NCBI GenBank assembly: GCA_002633005.1
Contig: NMRA01000528.1
Span: 126,535 to 190,534 of the forward strand
Length of the DNA stretch: 64,000 bases
Direction of reading: 5' to 3'
Origin: Phoronis australis
Taxonomy: Eukaryota; Animalia; Phoronida
Below the pieces are notes generated by a model that saw nothing but the letters and a program-made list of their open reading frames with translations, had not been told where the DNA came from and made no database searches. The position numbers and the translations under genes are program-made. Shown here piece by piece: positions 1 through 13,705 of the stretch (positions are counted from its first letter, which is position 1; each line of letters starts with the position of its first letter).

Positions 1-122
1 CCCTCCCGACCTCCCCCCATTCGGTGCTATGCGCATCTACAATCGTGGTTCAGTTTGCGCAAATGCTTCCAGCCGGACAAAATGTTGGGCCCCCCCCTTG
101 TGATATCCTAGATCCGCCACTG
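1..122 (-). mobile_element. Terminal part of a non-autonomous DNA element (CAGTGGCGGATCTAGG end) running off the window
   Basis: Reverse complement aligns by eye to 40878-41003; ends GATCCGCCACTG followed by TAA. Confidence 0.75.
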
Positions 123-785
123 TAATAGACCTACTTGTTTATGGTCCACAGCGTTTGCGCGCAAAACCTACTTCTTTTTGTAATGCTTATTACACTTTTT
201 GTACTTTGTCCAATCAGTTCGTAACAAATTTGTTGTATTTAAACTAGTCTTCAACTGCCCAAAAGACCAAATCGTTTTTTTGTGTTGGCATTAATGTCGC
301 GAATGCTTTGGAAATCGTCTTAAGTTAAGGTTTGGCAAAGAGAGAATTATGAGTGTCTGAGCGATTCAATAAGGCTTCGATTAAAATTCACATTTTACCA
401 GCGGCTTCTGTTTTTTCATCGTCACTCAGATTCCATTTTCTTAAAAAAATGAAGTAATTTTCTTTACTGCAAAGTGAAGCAGAAACGGAAACGGAGTCGT
501 AGTGCGCAGCGCCACTGGCGGTCGCCTGGGGTATCGCGGGAGAGTCTATACTTAGCCATAATTCCGTTACGACTGCGCCGTGTTTCGAATTTGACACTTA
601 AAATTGGATCTGAGCCCCCCCCCAAACACATTAAAACTGCCCACATTTCAATCTTGTTTCAGTCGTATAATGTTAATTACCGGGGTTAATTGATAAACTC
701 AACATTTCCCTAAGATCTTGCTGTTTTATTTTTGTGCGGCAGCTAAGGGTGGGGGGGGCCCTAGGCCCCCCTAAATCCGCCTGTG
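123..785 (+). repeat. Dispersed repeat, copy A (body and right end of the element at 40878-41810)
   Basis: Continuous high similarity to 41171-41810 (AGACCTACTTGTTTATGG...CTTGCTGTTTTATTTTTG); ends CTAAATCCGCCTGTG. Confidence 0.85.
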
Positions 786-789
786 ATAA

Positions 790-2198
790 GGGTGTAGCAT
801 TTAATTTTGAACCCCGCGGTAAAATGACCCGGGCTACATTGGCCATCGGTCATTTTCAACGCCGTCGCCGCTGTTGAAAACATCAACCCGTTGAGAGTGC
901 ATCATTGAAGAAGACACTTTCAACGGTTTTAGTTATAGCGTGAACCAACAAAGAGTGAACGCACATTCCCGTCATGTTGTGTGGTTTCTCTAGTTTCATA
1001 GATGGCACCATTGCTGGCTTATCGATTAACTGATAGGGGCCCTAGGTGTACTCAAGTTTGGGCCTTCTCAGTGTTCCAAACTCCCGTATGCATCTGACTA
1101 TACAAGGACGTGCCCTTGAAAGGATTCACGGTCACTTTTTACAGCCATAGTCGCGATATGTTTCCTCTCATTACCGCGCATACTGACGTCGAATGTAATA
1201 ATAAATTGAAGGGGTTGACCGGAGATGATATATATTAAAAAAGAAATCGCCGTTACGACTTCAAGGACTGCAACGGGGTCAGGTAGTGGTCGGTGAGCGG
1301 GTGTCACCAGCTTCCTGAGTTCATGGCCCTCACATTTCTAGAAAATCTGTCCGCTGGCACGTAGCCACTGCGGGCTTACTTCGATCGCACACCCCTCCTC
1401 GTGGAAAACTCAGGCGCCAACGTAGTCAGCAACTTTCTCGCGGCACTGGTAACCCTGTTTGTCTCTGTGACAACTTTTCCCAGATTCACATTGGCGGATA
1501 GTGTGATACCCGGGGGACCATCTGCATGTGTGTTCAAAAATGACCGTATCCTTGACCAAAAATTGTGCCGGGAAAATAGCTTCTTTTCAGGCGTCATTAT
1601 AAAAAGTCTCTACAGTTAATTTGTTATTTTATTTTTATTCATGCACGAGGTATTGATTTATTTCGTCCCCAGCATCAGGAAATAAAAGTTGCAGAGATGC
1701 ATCGAGATGACTGATAGCAAAATTTACGGGGCGGAGGAGAAAAAATCAGGTGGGATACTACTGGCAGGGAGCCGTGGAATACATCCTGCACCATGACTCC
1801 TGTAGTGATCCCTCTCAGCTGACGTACAGCCTTTGTGGTCGTCACATGTTTGCTTGTGAGTTATGGACATTCACTCAGTACTGCTTTTTTATTTCAGTGC
1901 CGTTCGTAGTGTTGAGGAAGAGGAAGTTGTTCCCTACCTCCCCCCCCCCCGAACCCACCTAGTGATGTTACTCGCCAACGTTTCGCTGTTGAGTGTCACG
2001 GTGAGAGTGAGAATCATGTGTAAATCATCCTCCAACAAACGTCAAATATGGGGGTCAAAATTTAACGAGAGTCACACTTTCAAGTGATGAGGGTCAGTTT
2101 ACAACGTTAAAAGTTGACATTGACCGCTCTTTTCTGATGAAAAAATGAGTGGAGCGTCATTTTTCAATGTTTTTCTAATGGGGTCAAAATTTAATGAT
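790..2198. mobile_element. Degenerate inverted-repeat-bounded DNA element
   Basis: Left end CATTTAATTTTGAACCCC (799-816) is an imperfect inverted match to GGGGTCAAAATTTAA at ~2051 and ~2180; TTTTCAACG/GTTGAAAA-type subterminal motifs occur at both ends. Confidence 0.45.
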
Positions 2199-2202
2199 TT
2201 AA

Positions 2203-3354
2203 AGGAGCATGTCACCCCAAAACAACCTAATTTGTATCAATTTAGATCGAGTATAGTTCTTCTCCATAACGACACGTACGGTTGCGTTACCTGACACCTG
2301 ACGGCAGACGGAGGTGTTTAAATTATCCAATGACGTCATCGGTTTCACAGGCAGTCTGTTCAGCAGTTCACAACACGGGTTACTGGTGTCAGCTTATCGC
2401 ATGAAGTCATCGTTTAGCACCAATAAATCACCAAACTTCGATGTAAAACCCTTAAAAATACACCGAGTTCTTATAAAAACGCGTTGTTTTATTTCACTCT
2501 TACGAATTTATTGGTATTTGGACACACCGTAGCCTACAAAATTCGGCAGGCCAATAAGATCCGTAGCAGGGAGTTTGGGGGTGTCTTCGCCGGAGATAAT
2601 TTCGAAGTATTTTCCGTGAGATAGACAGGAGCACCTAGATAGGTGTTGTTCAGACTTGTGATTTTTTTAGTTCTGAACACAAAACGCTTGTTATCCTGGC
2701 CAGTGGCTCGGAGCCCGATCAGGCCCGTCGCGGCCGGCCACATTGATTCGTTATCCCGGCCAGAGGCTCGGTAACTGTCAAACATCACGAACATAAACCA
2801 GCCAAATATCAGTGGAAACTAAACTTCCAGTCAAGAAAATACTATAATAGTGAGCCAGAGTAATGTGCACGTGATTATGTTGGTGAATTAGCCACGAAAC
2901 TGCAAATCTACTTACTCGTCGGGGGCCGCGAATTCAGGTTCCGCTTTGGCCACAGGGCAGAAGTCGTACATTGACAATCATTATTTGAGTAATGTAAATG
3001 TAAATAAAGATTTCCCTAACACCTGGCTGTGGGATGGAAATCGAGTTGTTTCACAGCAGTTTTTGCCAGCAAACACTAAATTAGCATGAGCTCACACGGC
3101 CTCCATAACGCTAAACCCTCGTGAGAGACCGCCCCGAGATGGATGCTGGAGCAACTCGGGGCGGTCTGGGATCAAGCGGAAAAACCACAGGGTAAATCTG
3201 TGGTCAACGAATCTATTCGGTCGATTACATTTTATTGCCCGTGAAGCCGCTAAGGGCTGCCTGAAGAAATATGACTCGCGCGTTTGTATTTTCGCCTTTT
3301 TCAATAACATGTAAAAGATTCATCAACAAATTCCTCGTAAAATTCTGAAAACAA
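2203..3354 (+). mobile_element. Kolobok-like non-autonomous element; right end not found, possibly lost at N3355
   Basis: TTAA|AGGAGCATGTCACCCCAAAA terminus; weak inverted similarity between 2334-2375 and 3238-3278; minus-strand MYDFCP fragment at 2971-2916. Confidence 0.5.
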
Positions 3355-5699
3355 NCCCCCCCCCCGGCCATCCAGGATACATGGGATTCGCGGCAGAAAA
3401 CACAATGTGGTGGTCTTATTTATGAACCAATCACATTTGCCGATAGCACACAACATAGATAAGTACTTTATTAAAAACGTGGCCAAGTTTCATCAAAATT
3501 GGTTGAATTTTAATGTTTAACATGGTATGGCCAAAGTTTCAGCTTATTTTGTCGCTTCGATCAGTGGAATCGCCGCTGAAAACCCGAAACGGCCTGTGAG
3601 AAAACGATTATTTTCGACCGAGCCTTTCATATGAGGTTAGTTGCCGATAGACCCAACAAATGCCGGTAAAATCAAGATTGAAATGTAGGAATTTCATGAA
3701 AACTAGACAAAAATTATATTGAACATGGGGTGGCCAAAATTGCCAATTTCCTCCTTTCGATTTCAGTTTCAGTTTACGTCACAGCCTATCATCAGTGGGT
3801 CTAGTTATAATTCGAAGTTTTTGGTTAAAGCAATGGTCGTCTCGATCTGGTCGTCATGTGAAACAAACACTCTTCAAAACAATATTTATTTTTAAAAACT
3901 AATCAAACATAACCATACGGTTGGTAACAACAATCAACGGCAAGTGGGCACCAGGTCTGCAAAACTGACCTTGTTGGATAAGTGCCGAGTTTTAAATAAG
4001 CACCGGTTTGGAAAAAAACGCAGGGTCAAAAATGTCCTCGAATAAAAACAAGCACCCCGGCATCAATAGGCGACACTTACGCTTACATAAGCAACGCCTC
4101 AATGTTGAACCTCAATATGTAACTATTGCGGAAATATAGATTTGTATTTTTGTTCCGAGAAATGCATTTATTTTGAGAATTTAGAATAGGATTGATAAGT
4201 TTACAAATAGATGGTCAACAATGAAAGATATTATGAAAATGTAAACCTTCGCATTTTGCACCACTCTCTCGGAAACATTATTTAAAGGTTTCCGGAACAG
4301 TTAAATCAGCCTTCCCACTAAAACATCCCCTTATTTTTTTAGCTTTCGATGGTAAATTTTGAATAACCCAGGCGGTTACCCTGTCCTCGGAGTGCGGCGG
4401 GGTAGGCCAGCGACACGGGTACGATTTCAATTCCCAGTGTTACGAGAGGAAAACTCAACGTGATATGAGGCTGGCACTGTGGAATAATAATTAGTGTGCT
4501 TCTGTTAAGTTTTGTAATCAATTCAACTTTCCGATCGTCAAGGAAAACCAATAAAAAACAAAAAGAATCCGACTAAAGCGGGACACGCGTATCCTTCGGA
4601 GAGAGAGGGTGCAGTCACATCCATACGAACCCTCATGACCTTCAGTACCTGGCATCCAAACATCTCCTCACTCAGTTAGGAAAACTTACGTTGGCGAATA
4701 AGTTTACAACTTTCTAAACTTACGGTATAGCTGGAAATCACTGATGCTAAGCCGTTACAATGGATTTTATGCCATATTAAATGTCATTTTTAACGCGCGA
4801 AGAAAATGAAGGCGATCGACAGGACGGAATATTAGACGAGGTAGACGAATCTAAACAAATGAGAAAATGATATTATTTAAGGAACATGTAAACAGAGGTT
4901 GTCATCGTCAAGTTTTAATGTGTCCATATTTTTGATGGAGTGCTGTATGTTTAGTTCAGTAAATGCGTTCGTCAGACGAGTGTCACTTTTCTTAGTTCAT
5001 TTTGATTAGTTTCCGTCAGGCCAAAACCAAATAATTTTCTTGCAGAATACCTCCACCCAAAGTAACCAGCGTGACACACCGATTCAGTTAATATGTGACA
5101 CCTCGAGCTAGCTCAATTTTATGGATGGCACTTTCCTGAGTACGAAATTTTCTTTCAGTGTCGGTGCGACCCGTTTGTTGATTTTAAATCAGTATCAGCC
5201 GGTACCTAAAACATCTGTTCTAGCTAAAAATTTCAACCGGCAGCCGTGAGTAAGATGTTTGAGGGATTCTAGTGGGTTTTACCCAGAGTTTGTTCGGTGA
5301 TAAGGCCACTTAATGATCAAGGAGATGCACGGCATCATCAAAATTGAACTGAAATTGTTTTGTGGCACCTCGAGTGTTTGAGCTAGCTCAAGTGGGGGGG
5401 TTCTTTTTGGAGGGTCCTTTGGCGGACCCTTTCAGGGTGCAAATGCTCTGTCTTGTGTCATTCGGTGCTCAATGTGACACGATTGTTGATTTCACAAATG
5501 AATTTGACAAAATATGCTGTTGCACTCTACATCATGGCTACCCTGGCCAACAATAATCTCCCCTGGTGAACACATATAATACTGCTGCTGCATGTCACTG
5601 TGCAGTGCGTGGAACTATTCAGAACGTGGATGCCATCTTCTTGAAAGTTTCTTCCAGAAAAAGCTTCGTCGTTGCTACGAATGGCAGAAGTGTACGACG

Positions 5700-5865
5700 T
5701 CACGTCTTTACTGTGGGAAGTACTCCTCCTTGATGGTTTTCCACGTCAACCATTAAATGTGTGTAAAGTTTGTGCACATCTGTGGCATGTATCCTGGTTT
5801 TGAGGCTCGTTATCCCGTCGGTAGCCGATCTATCCCGGTTTCTTTGTTGTTTCAACAAATTGCCC
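5700..5865 (-). CDS. GT7 glycosyltransferase exon 6 (terminal)
   Basis: Hand-translated. TTTCAG acceptor; (R)GNLLKQQRNRDRSATDGITSLKTRIHATDVHKLYTHLMVDVENHQGGVLPTVKT*, matching the family C-terminus DGLNSL...LYTxxxVD. Phase matches exon 5; TGA at 5702-5700. Confidence 0.93.
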
Positions 5866-7859
5866 CTGAAACGAGTCACAATTTTTTCTCAAATAAATGA
5901 TCTAAGATAATATTGTCGTGATGTCAAAGTCAAGGTCATTTGTCAGCGAAAGCTGGACCTCCCAACAAGGGCAAAGACTAGTATCTTTATAAGGCATCTT
6001 GCCATAAGCAGAGGACGTTCGTGGATAACATCCAACAAAAGGAAAACATGAACGACTTAAGGCCACAGTAGAGGCCTTTGTAGCTCCCCCAAACGTGACT
6101 AAAATAGGATGGGTCGGGTTTGACGGTAGTTCTGTGGACTAAATGGGAAATGATTGCCACAAATGGTGCAGTAGTTCCATGAAAAAAAATTTTTTTTTAG
6201 TAAATTGAATCTGGCCTCTGCTGTTGTCTACTAGGACACGGAACTGCCGCCATTTTAAGAGCGCAGGCATCCTTGTTGAGTGTTGAATTCTTGGCTTAGG
6301 AATCCTTCAGACAAGTGCCGGGAAATTGTCAAAAATGTAGGCCTAGTTGGTGATGACATATTTTAACCTGGATTTCTGGAATCTAGAGCGAAAGAGCATT
6401 CGACGGATGATGGTCTCCTTTCTTGCACCGGGGCAGTCGTGAATTTGTGATTTTAGGTAAAAAATAACCAAAATCGCATTGTTTGGTCATTTTAGGCATC
6501 ACGGTTTTTCACTGCAAAGTAAAAAGACACGGCTTTGTTAGATTTCTTCATATTTGAACAAACCCATAGAGTGTTACTGTACTTTCTGTAAGTTATGCCC
6601 TTTTCAGGTATCCGCGCTAGCTGTGCAGACAAGGGCAATGATAGACCCAGACCAGTGATAAGGTCAAAATCAGCCAATGGTCTTGTGGTCTTAGTCCAAC
6701 TATAACCGGACGTGCTCTATTCTCTGTATCAACAAGAACCATACAATAGATGGCTGCGCTAGCTTAAATCACTAAAACGGTAAGACACTACGTATTCCCC
6801 TCGCACGTAAAGAGATGATATGCACAGGAAAAATGCAACAACTAAGTTAACCAACTCTTGAAATCTAAATAGGTCTGTAAGCTTAACAGAAATATACAAC
6901 TGATCGGGCTTAGAAAACAATATGGGCCAACAGTTCACTCAGCCATAACGAAATGCTATGACACACGGACTGTGGACGTGCACGAAGACATCAACGCACA
7001 CCGGCACGAAATACGATCTGTCAACTGCAAACATTTCGTCAATTTTTCTCCCACAATGCAGTGGACGTTGATATGGCATGGCACAGACGTAGCCCATTTC
7101 CCTTATATGGAAAGGCTGACCTTAGACTTTTGATGTAAAAAAACAATGGCGACAATTAAGAGCTAGTGTTGCGATAAGTGATTTTGTGTATGCAAAATCA
7201 GCATTTAGAGTAGAGCTTTAACAGACAGACAAAGGATGTAGGCAAGCGCCATCTATTGGAAACTAAATAAACTAACTATGCTTAAGCTATCACTCAACAA
7301 AGAGGCAATTGATGTAACTGTTTTAATTAATGCATTTGGAATTATTTTTGGAAAATTGGTTGCTTCATTGGCTTGCCTCATACTGTGCTTTCGATTTCAT
7401 CTTCGGAATGCGATTACACGGTAATCTGCCGTTAATATCCATCTTATCAGTCAGCTGTTTTCGAATGACTGATGAGAGCATGCGCGCATTTATCATAAGT
7501 GGGAGGGAGATTAAAAACTCTGTGACGACTACAGAGTTTTTCCTCTGCGCGTATTTTAGAATTAGTGAATTTTGAGATTTTTTTCTAGAAATTACCTCAC
7601 AGGGAAATGTGAATTAATTTGTACTAGGCATTGCGTGATGGTACTTTCGTCTGGAATTGTTCAAAAGATATATTTGACAAGCTTTCGCGTTCAATGCCTC
7701 TTTAAATTTGTGAGGGACAAAAGAAAAACTCCAAATTTATCTTATTTCGGGAAAAAAAGAATAACAGGATTCAAGTGAAACTTGGAGGTGCTATTCTTTA
7801 TACACTCTTCGCCCACCAAAATACTGTTAGGAATTGATTTTAAAATCATTCATTTTCTG

Positions 7860-8030
7860 CATGAAATTCTATCAAAACAGACATTTTACGATTTTTATGA
7901 AAAGACAAATCAGAAGTTGCACGAACGAAAACGCAATGATAATTTGGAGAACTGTAACAGTTACAGAGTTTTTGAGATTTCATCTTCAGCATTTAAATCA
8001 AACGGAATTTGTATTACTGATGCCGTTGTG
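7860..8030 (+). repeat. Old dispersed repeat, similar to 24770-24905
   Basis: Shared TTTTTATGAAAA...AACTGTAACAG...TTTTTGAGA.TT.ATCT...ATTTAAATCAAA...CCGTTGT. Confidence 0.55.
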
Positions 8031-8637
8031 TTGTTAATTTTAATGATCGTTTTATCTTGTAAATATTTGGCTGAATGTACCGACTTGTCGATAAGGTGTT
8101 ACATGACATTAAAAGCGCAAAAATATTTCAGTTTTCTAAGCGATGGTTTTAACACTTTGTGCAAAGTTTAACCCACAATTAAAAGCGAATACGAAAAAAT
8201 CTAATACGTGCTTTAAGACAGAGCCTGTATCCAAGTTTGTTTTTAATTTACAAATTTTGTCTGATGTGTACCAATTATAGACGGTAAAAGTGCATCTTGG
8301 GTGTCGCTGGTGAGGAAACTAAAAGTAACTTCATGACATGAGTCCCAGTTGCAGTGCCCATCTTGACGAATAGTCAACAACATAATATGCTGAACGTCCG
8401 CGACACACATTGTTTAAAGATAGTTGGCAATTTTATAAGAGATAGTCCCTGTTCAGGTCGGCCCTGATTCTGTAGATTAAAGAATAGCACCAACGGAGCC
8501 GCCTAAACAGTTCGTGGGTCCCCGGGCAAAGCAATGCATTGAGCGCCATAGGGAACAAACCTGACCGTTAGATTTTTGATAAAAGAGTAAATGATCGATA
8601 ATTCTCATTCGTGTACGTAATGTTGGTGCTGCCAAAG

Positions 8638-8795
8638 CAGTGCTGTAGTGAGACGTAGGCGCACGCAGGAGCAGCCAATAACATTTTGGCACTTGAAAGT
8701 AGCGCCTACGCACCGTAAGTTACGTTCAGTGCTCAAGGTGATACGGTGGGCTTTAGTGGCGCCTACTTACCTCTAATTTTACCACTACAGCACTG
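8638..8795 (+). mobile_element. hAT-type MITE (158 bp)
   Basis: TIR CAGTGCTGTAGTG / CACTACAGCACTG; perfect 8-bp TSD TGCCAAAG (8630-8637 and 8796-8803); second copy inverted at 25761-25916. Confidence 0.9.
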
Positions 8796-11119
8796 TGCCA
8801 AAGCAAAATTAACGTACTCGACTAAAACTGACACAAGGTTTCTATAACAGAACTTCAAGCTTTTAATAATTGTCACCGTGACAATCAACTAGAACTTGGG
8901 ATCGTCACTTCAGCAATGGCACGTGTCTCAATCCCGTGTTAAACCTTTACCGAAATTTGTGATCCCAACTTTCTCAGTCATAATGAATACGGTGTGAGCG
9001 TCACACGTTAGTGTACCGTATTATCTTTTGATCCAGGTTTTGGCAAAAAACTGAAGCAACATCATGACATGGCGAGATAATGCGCGAATTAGTGAGACAT
9101 TTTAAGTAGAATCGTAGAGTACATGACGGACCCTGCCCAGCTAAAAATTGACCGTCGGACGTCCATCGTCCGACGGTTGGAGTTAGCTAATGCGAACACA
9201 ATAGCCCGTCGAATTCAGTCCAGCTGCTTGGGCTGCTTGGTCAAGTACCGTTATCCTTTAATGACACCTCATTATGCCATAAAACTACGTGCCTGTCGAC
9301 TGTTGGCAAAAAAAAAAATAAAATTTATCTAAAAATTGTACCTGCTTAACTAAATTTCTCCCGAAAAACTAAGCAATTTACAACTTTGAATTTTCTTTCT
9401 AGGCCAGAAAATAAAGTTTTTATTAATATAAAAATTTACCGCCTTGTGTACGAGCAGAGCGTAAGAATTTACAAAAGGTATGTTGTGATTCGTCTCCATG
9501 AGGCAACTTATAATTTCCAATCAAAAGGCCAAAATGTACCATAATCAATTTGTTTCGATTAAACGCAAGTTCCAGAATATAACATATTACACAATAAGGA
9601 GAAATATATTGTTAAAACGAATAGCAATTGAGAACTTGTTTTTAAGCGTCATTTTCTGTAGGCCTACTAATTTCGTCCCATGTATTTTACACGAGGGGCT
9701 TGGCGAGATCCGCTTAAATGACGAGTGCTTCGAGCTTAGTTAGCCAAGCCAGCACGCAGGTATCACTCAGTGGCACGCGCTTTAGAATTGGTCGATATAA
9801 CCTCGGCAGTCATGGTTAGCTTTACAACACCGTGAGAAAAATGGCGGAATGTGAACGATTTTTAGCCTTGTCATGCAAGTGGCGTCGCAGCAACTATTTC
9901 GTTTCTGCTTTGATGTTTAATAACCGCGTGCTCGAAGCACATACATTAAAAAACACATATCTGACCAATTTAACCGATGTGTTATTCATACTGTATGAAT
10001 ACAGGACACTATCGGAAACAAAAGTCATCGACAGCAGAAAGATGCATTCCGAAATCACAATCACAATTTCTAAGCTTCGCATTTCCTGAACATAAATTTT
10101 AAGCACCGATTTGTCTGTACAACAGACCACATTTACATGAGTCCATCAGTCGTGCCAGTTTGTTTGCGTAAAGCGCTGCCTGTTGAGAATTAGACCAGCA
10201 AATCAGAAACGCCGATGTAAAAAAATTTCCCCGAGGAAAATTAAGTGATACCAGCGTCAAAGATTTTATCTTTGCCTGCGTGCTGGCGTGGCTACAGCCC
10301 CACCTAGCGGCACGCAGGGAACCAGCGAGGGACAAGCGCGAGACTGAGTGAAGCGCGTGACCTGGCGCGTGACCCTTGCAAGCATGGGAGATCATTTTCA
10401 CGAAAGACGTCGCTCTAGTCGGTTGGCGCAGTGTTGGCTTACGTAGTAAATGATGGGAGATATCAGGTGGAATTTGTAAGATCGCTGTCCCTTGGACTTA
10501 TTGTTCGTTAATTTCACGTAACTTCTTCAGCATTCAGGGCGATGTAATTACCTAACCTATCCCCTAGTGACTGATATTTTTGAGAGTTCGATTTTAAGCT
10601 GAATTGTTGGCCTAGCATTGTTAATTCATTCATTGTGGTTTTGAGTTACACTTTTAAACAGTAAAGCAGTTGCCAGGCTTATCTTTTCTATCATGCTCTG
10701 CTCATTTCTTTTTGGTGTGACCTTCAGGTTCATTTCTAATGTTGTGGACCAGGCCAATGACTTGTTGCTGCTGTTTGTTTTGTAATTGATCTAAATTAAA
10801 CAAGTGTTGTATAATATTGAAAGGGGTTTTACAAAATAAATTACTGCACATACTTCATTGATATTTAGACATATTGTTCAGTCTGCTCATGCCACGCTGA
10901 TGTTTAGTGTATACATTGTTTCAGTGATTATTAAGTAATCCTGATGTTGATATAAGTTGATGCAATCTCAAGTTTCACATTGTATTAAAATAATAATAAG
11001 AAATAAATTTCTCTCTGCCTGTTTCATGTAACAGATGTGTCAATGGCTTGGCTTCAACATATCTTGGCCAAAGTAGCAGTCAAGCTATATACTTTACACA
11101 TTCTTCTGTTGCTGGTGAC

Positions 11120-11561
11120 GTTTCTTTTAAGGAAATGAAATCCGAGACCCACAAGAGATCTTTTATTTATGCTGCTGCTGCAATACGGAACTCTCTTAGC
11201 CCAGAAATTAAACGGCCCAATTCAATTACTACAAAATTAATTTTGAAAAGTGGCTGAAATTTACTTACCCATTCTAACACCTTACCATTCTTAATTATGT
11301 CATTTTTCATTATTGTACATGCTCGCACTATTTAGTATCATCTCTTTATTTCATCTCTCTTGGTCAAAGTCTCATCATCATCAACCTGTTTTAATTGCTG
11401 CTTTGTTACCTGTATCTAATTACTGTTTTACTACTTTATCCTATTATATTTTACTGTATTACATTCTGTTTGTTGAGGACCCTCTTGAAAAGTAGCGCTT
11501 CACTTGAATAGGCTACCCTCATTTCAAATATTACAATAAATAAATAAATAAATAAAATAAA
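11120..11561 (+). mobile_element. 5'-truncated LINE (CR1/L2-like) 3' end
   Basis: KSETHKRSFIYAAAAIRNSLSPEIK resembles the ORF2 C-terminal motif RSFxYxxxxxWNxLP (W codon now CGG); followed by an AT-rich 3'UTR and a (TAAA)n tail at ~11535-11561. Confidence 0.7.
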
Positions 11562-11986
11562 TAGTTGGTGCTTGAGCCGGATTTACTGTATAGTTTTAAT
11601 GTCGTGATCTTTGCATTTTAGCCTGAAAAATAGAAAGGGTCACAAGTAGTTCTATTCAGTTGGAGAATGTCATGATGCCAGCCGGCTGGCTCTCTATTGT
11701 GTTGGCAGGGAATGGGGGTAATTGAAACTTACGCGTCATTCAACAAATCTAATTGGATTTTGGCGTGTATCTTCAGCAAGAATAGGTCCGTCATTGTTTG
11801 AACCTTAGGAAGAGTTGGTAAAGATTTATGGGCCCAAAATCGCCTGTACTGATTCACGTCGATCGGGTAAATGTCGGACAACAGTCAAGCGACATTTGCG
11901 GAAACTGAGCAACAAAATTGTTATTCAACAGGTGTTCAGAAGGAAGTGTACATCTAGCCCGTATTTACATATGTATGTGTACAGTT

Positions 11987-12096
<110 letters not shown>

Positions 12097-12970
12097 GAAT
12101 GTGTGTGTAGATGTATTAGGTAACACCATATGTTGCCTAAAGCAGTAGCCTGCATAGCCCGTTTGCCGAAAACTGTATAGAATGTGGGATCTTGATGTTT
12201 TCTGTATTTTATGAAAATTTATTATGTTTTGATGAGGCTAACTGCCTCAACAGACCTGCCGGGCTTGTTTTATTGTTTCAAAATGGCTTGGTCCACTATT
12301 TCAATGGGGAGAACACATGACGACAATTTACATACATTTTTTATACTTCCCATCTGTCTTATTTTTTCTTTCTTTTTAAGAATGTTTTCAACATAACTCA
12401 ATTACAGTTAATAACTGAAGCCAGGCTTTGGTCCAATTACTACGTCTTTTTCCACAGAGGAGAAAAAAGTCCTGTTTATGCATCACCCTTTCATGGTTGG
12501 ATTCTCTTTATATGGGACTTCTCTCACTAATGTATGCTTTTGGAAGTAGGATAAACAAGTTATATTAACTTTAATATATATTTAAACACTAATATCTTAT
12601 GCAACTTTGTTGCTCTATTGGAGATGCTGGTCAGGTAGAACAACTACGGTGGACGGGCATCACTAGCATGAAGGTTCACATGATGTTACATAACTGAAAC
12701 TTTGAACTAAAGACACACAAAACACAGCTTAGTCGAGCACATTAAAGTAGAAAATCTCTTTGACTTCCTGTTAATATAAGTAAAAATGCCAAGCATAATT
12801 TCGAGTTCCATGTACAACGATTAGACCTCGGTCTTGAAACATCGGCAGTGTTGGTCAACGGAGTAAACGTCCTATACGCATGCGTGTTAACAACGCTTAT
12901 TAAAAACCGGGAGACAAAAGGATGGATAGAATTTTAGCCGTGCACGTGTACATGTTATACTAACCATTAC

Positions 12971-13078
12971 CTGGACTGCCAATCGGTAGCGTCTTGTCTT
13001 CGCGTTCGGTGATGCAGCATGGTGTATCTTGAAATCTCCACCGGAGGTCTGTCAACTTTCAAACCGTGGGACGTCATT
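12971..13078 (-). CDS. GT7 glycosyltransferase exon 5
   Basis: Hand-translated. TTCTTTAG acceptor; (R)MTSHGLKVDRPPVEISRYTMLHHRTRRQDATDWQS(R), where MxxH corresponds to the B4GalT1 M344/H347 metal ligands; donor AG|GTAATG; 108 nt, phase 2/2. Confidence 0.94.
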
Positions 13079-13705
13079 CTAAAGAAAGCATCGTCAATTC
13101 ATCGCCTTCCACCACAAAAACCAACTTCTGATTTAAACCACTCAACGTTATGAAACTGGTCTCAAATTGTTCCTTGGGAAAATTGGAGACTATTTCAGAA
13201 AGAAGTTTCGAACAAAACAAACTAAAACATAGTATTAAAAACTTAGGCAGCATTGCAAAACTATTCTCGATAAGGTCTTGAGAACGAGTAAGGGAAACAC
13301 CACAAATGATTCTCAGTAATCAAAATCATGTGATTGTTCACGTGGCATTGATTTTGATGAGAGTATGCGTGAGGTTGGTAACCAGGTGAGATCTCTTGGA
13401 CGCACTGAAGAGACGACGATTCCCGCCAATCTACTGTACCATTTTCCCTTGAAGGATGCGTGATACCGAGGTTATATGAGTTAAATTTTGTGGGTATTGT
13501 CCAGAAGACCACATTCAGTTGGATTTACAACGAAGTTTCCTGGATGGATCAACAACTACATTTTATTACAACGCGCTTTTTCAACTGAAAATATCCGCTG
13601 GTAACAATAAGACAATACACGCTCGCGTTGTCTCTCGATTCTGATGTAAATGACGTAATGCATTAAGAGTACAAGAACATCAAAAATACTAACTGAACTG
13701 CATAC

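Noticed and set aside
10146-10179. Alternative GT7 terminal exon (CAACAG| RQRFTQTNWHD*)
   Set aside because: In phase with exon 5 but stops after 10 codons and lacks the DG..SL...LYT...VD tail that 5700-5865 supplies.
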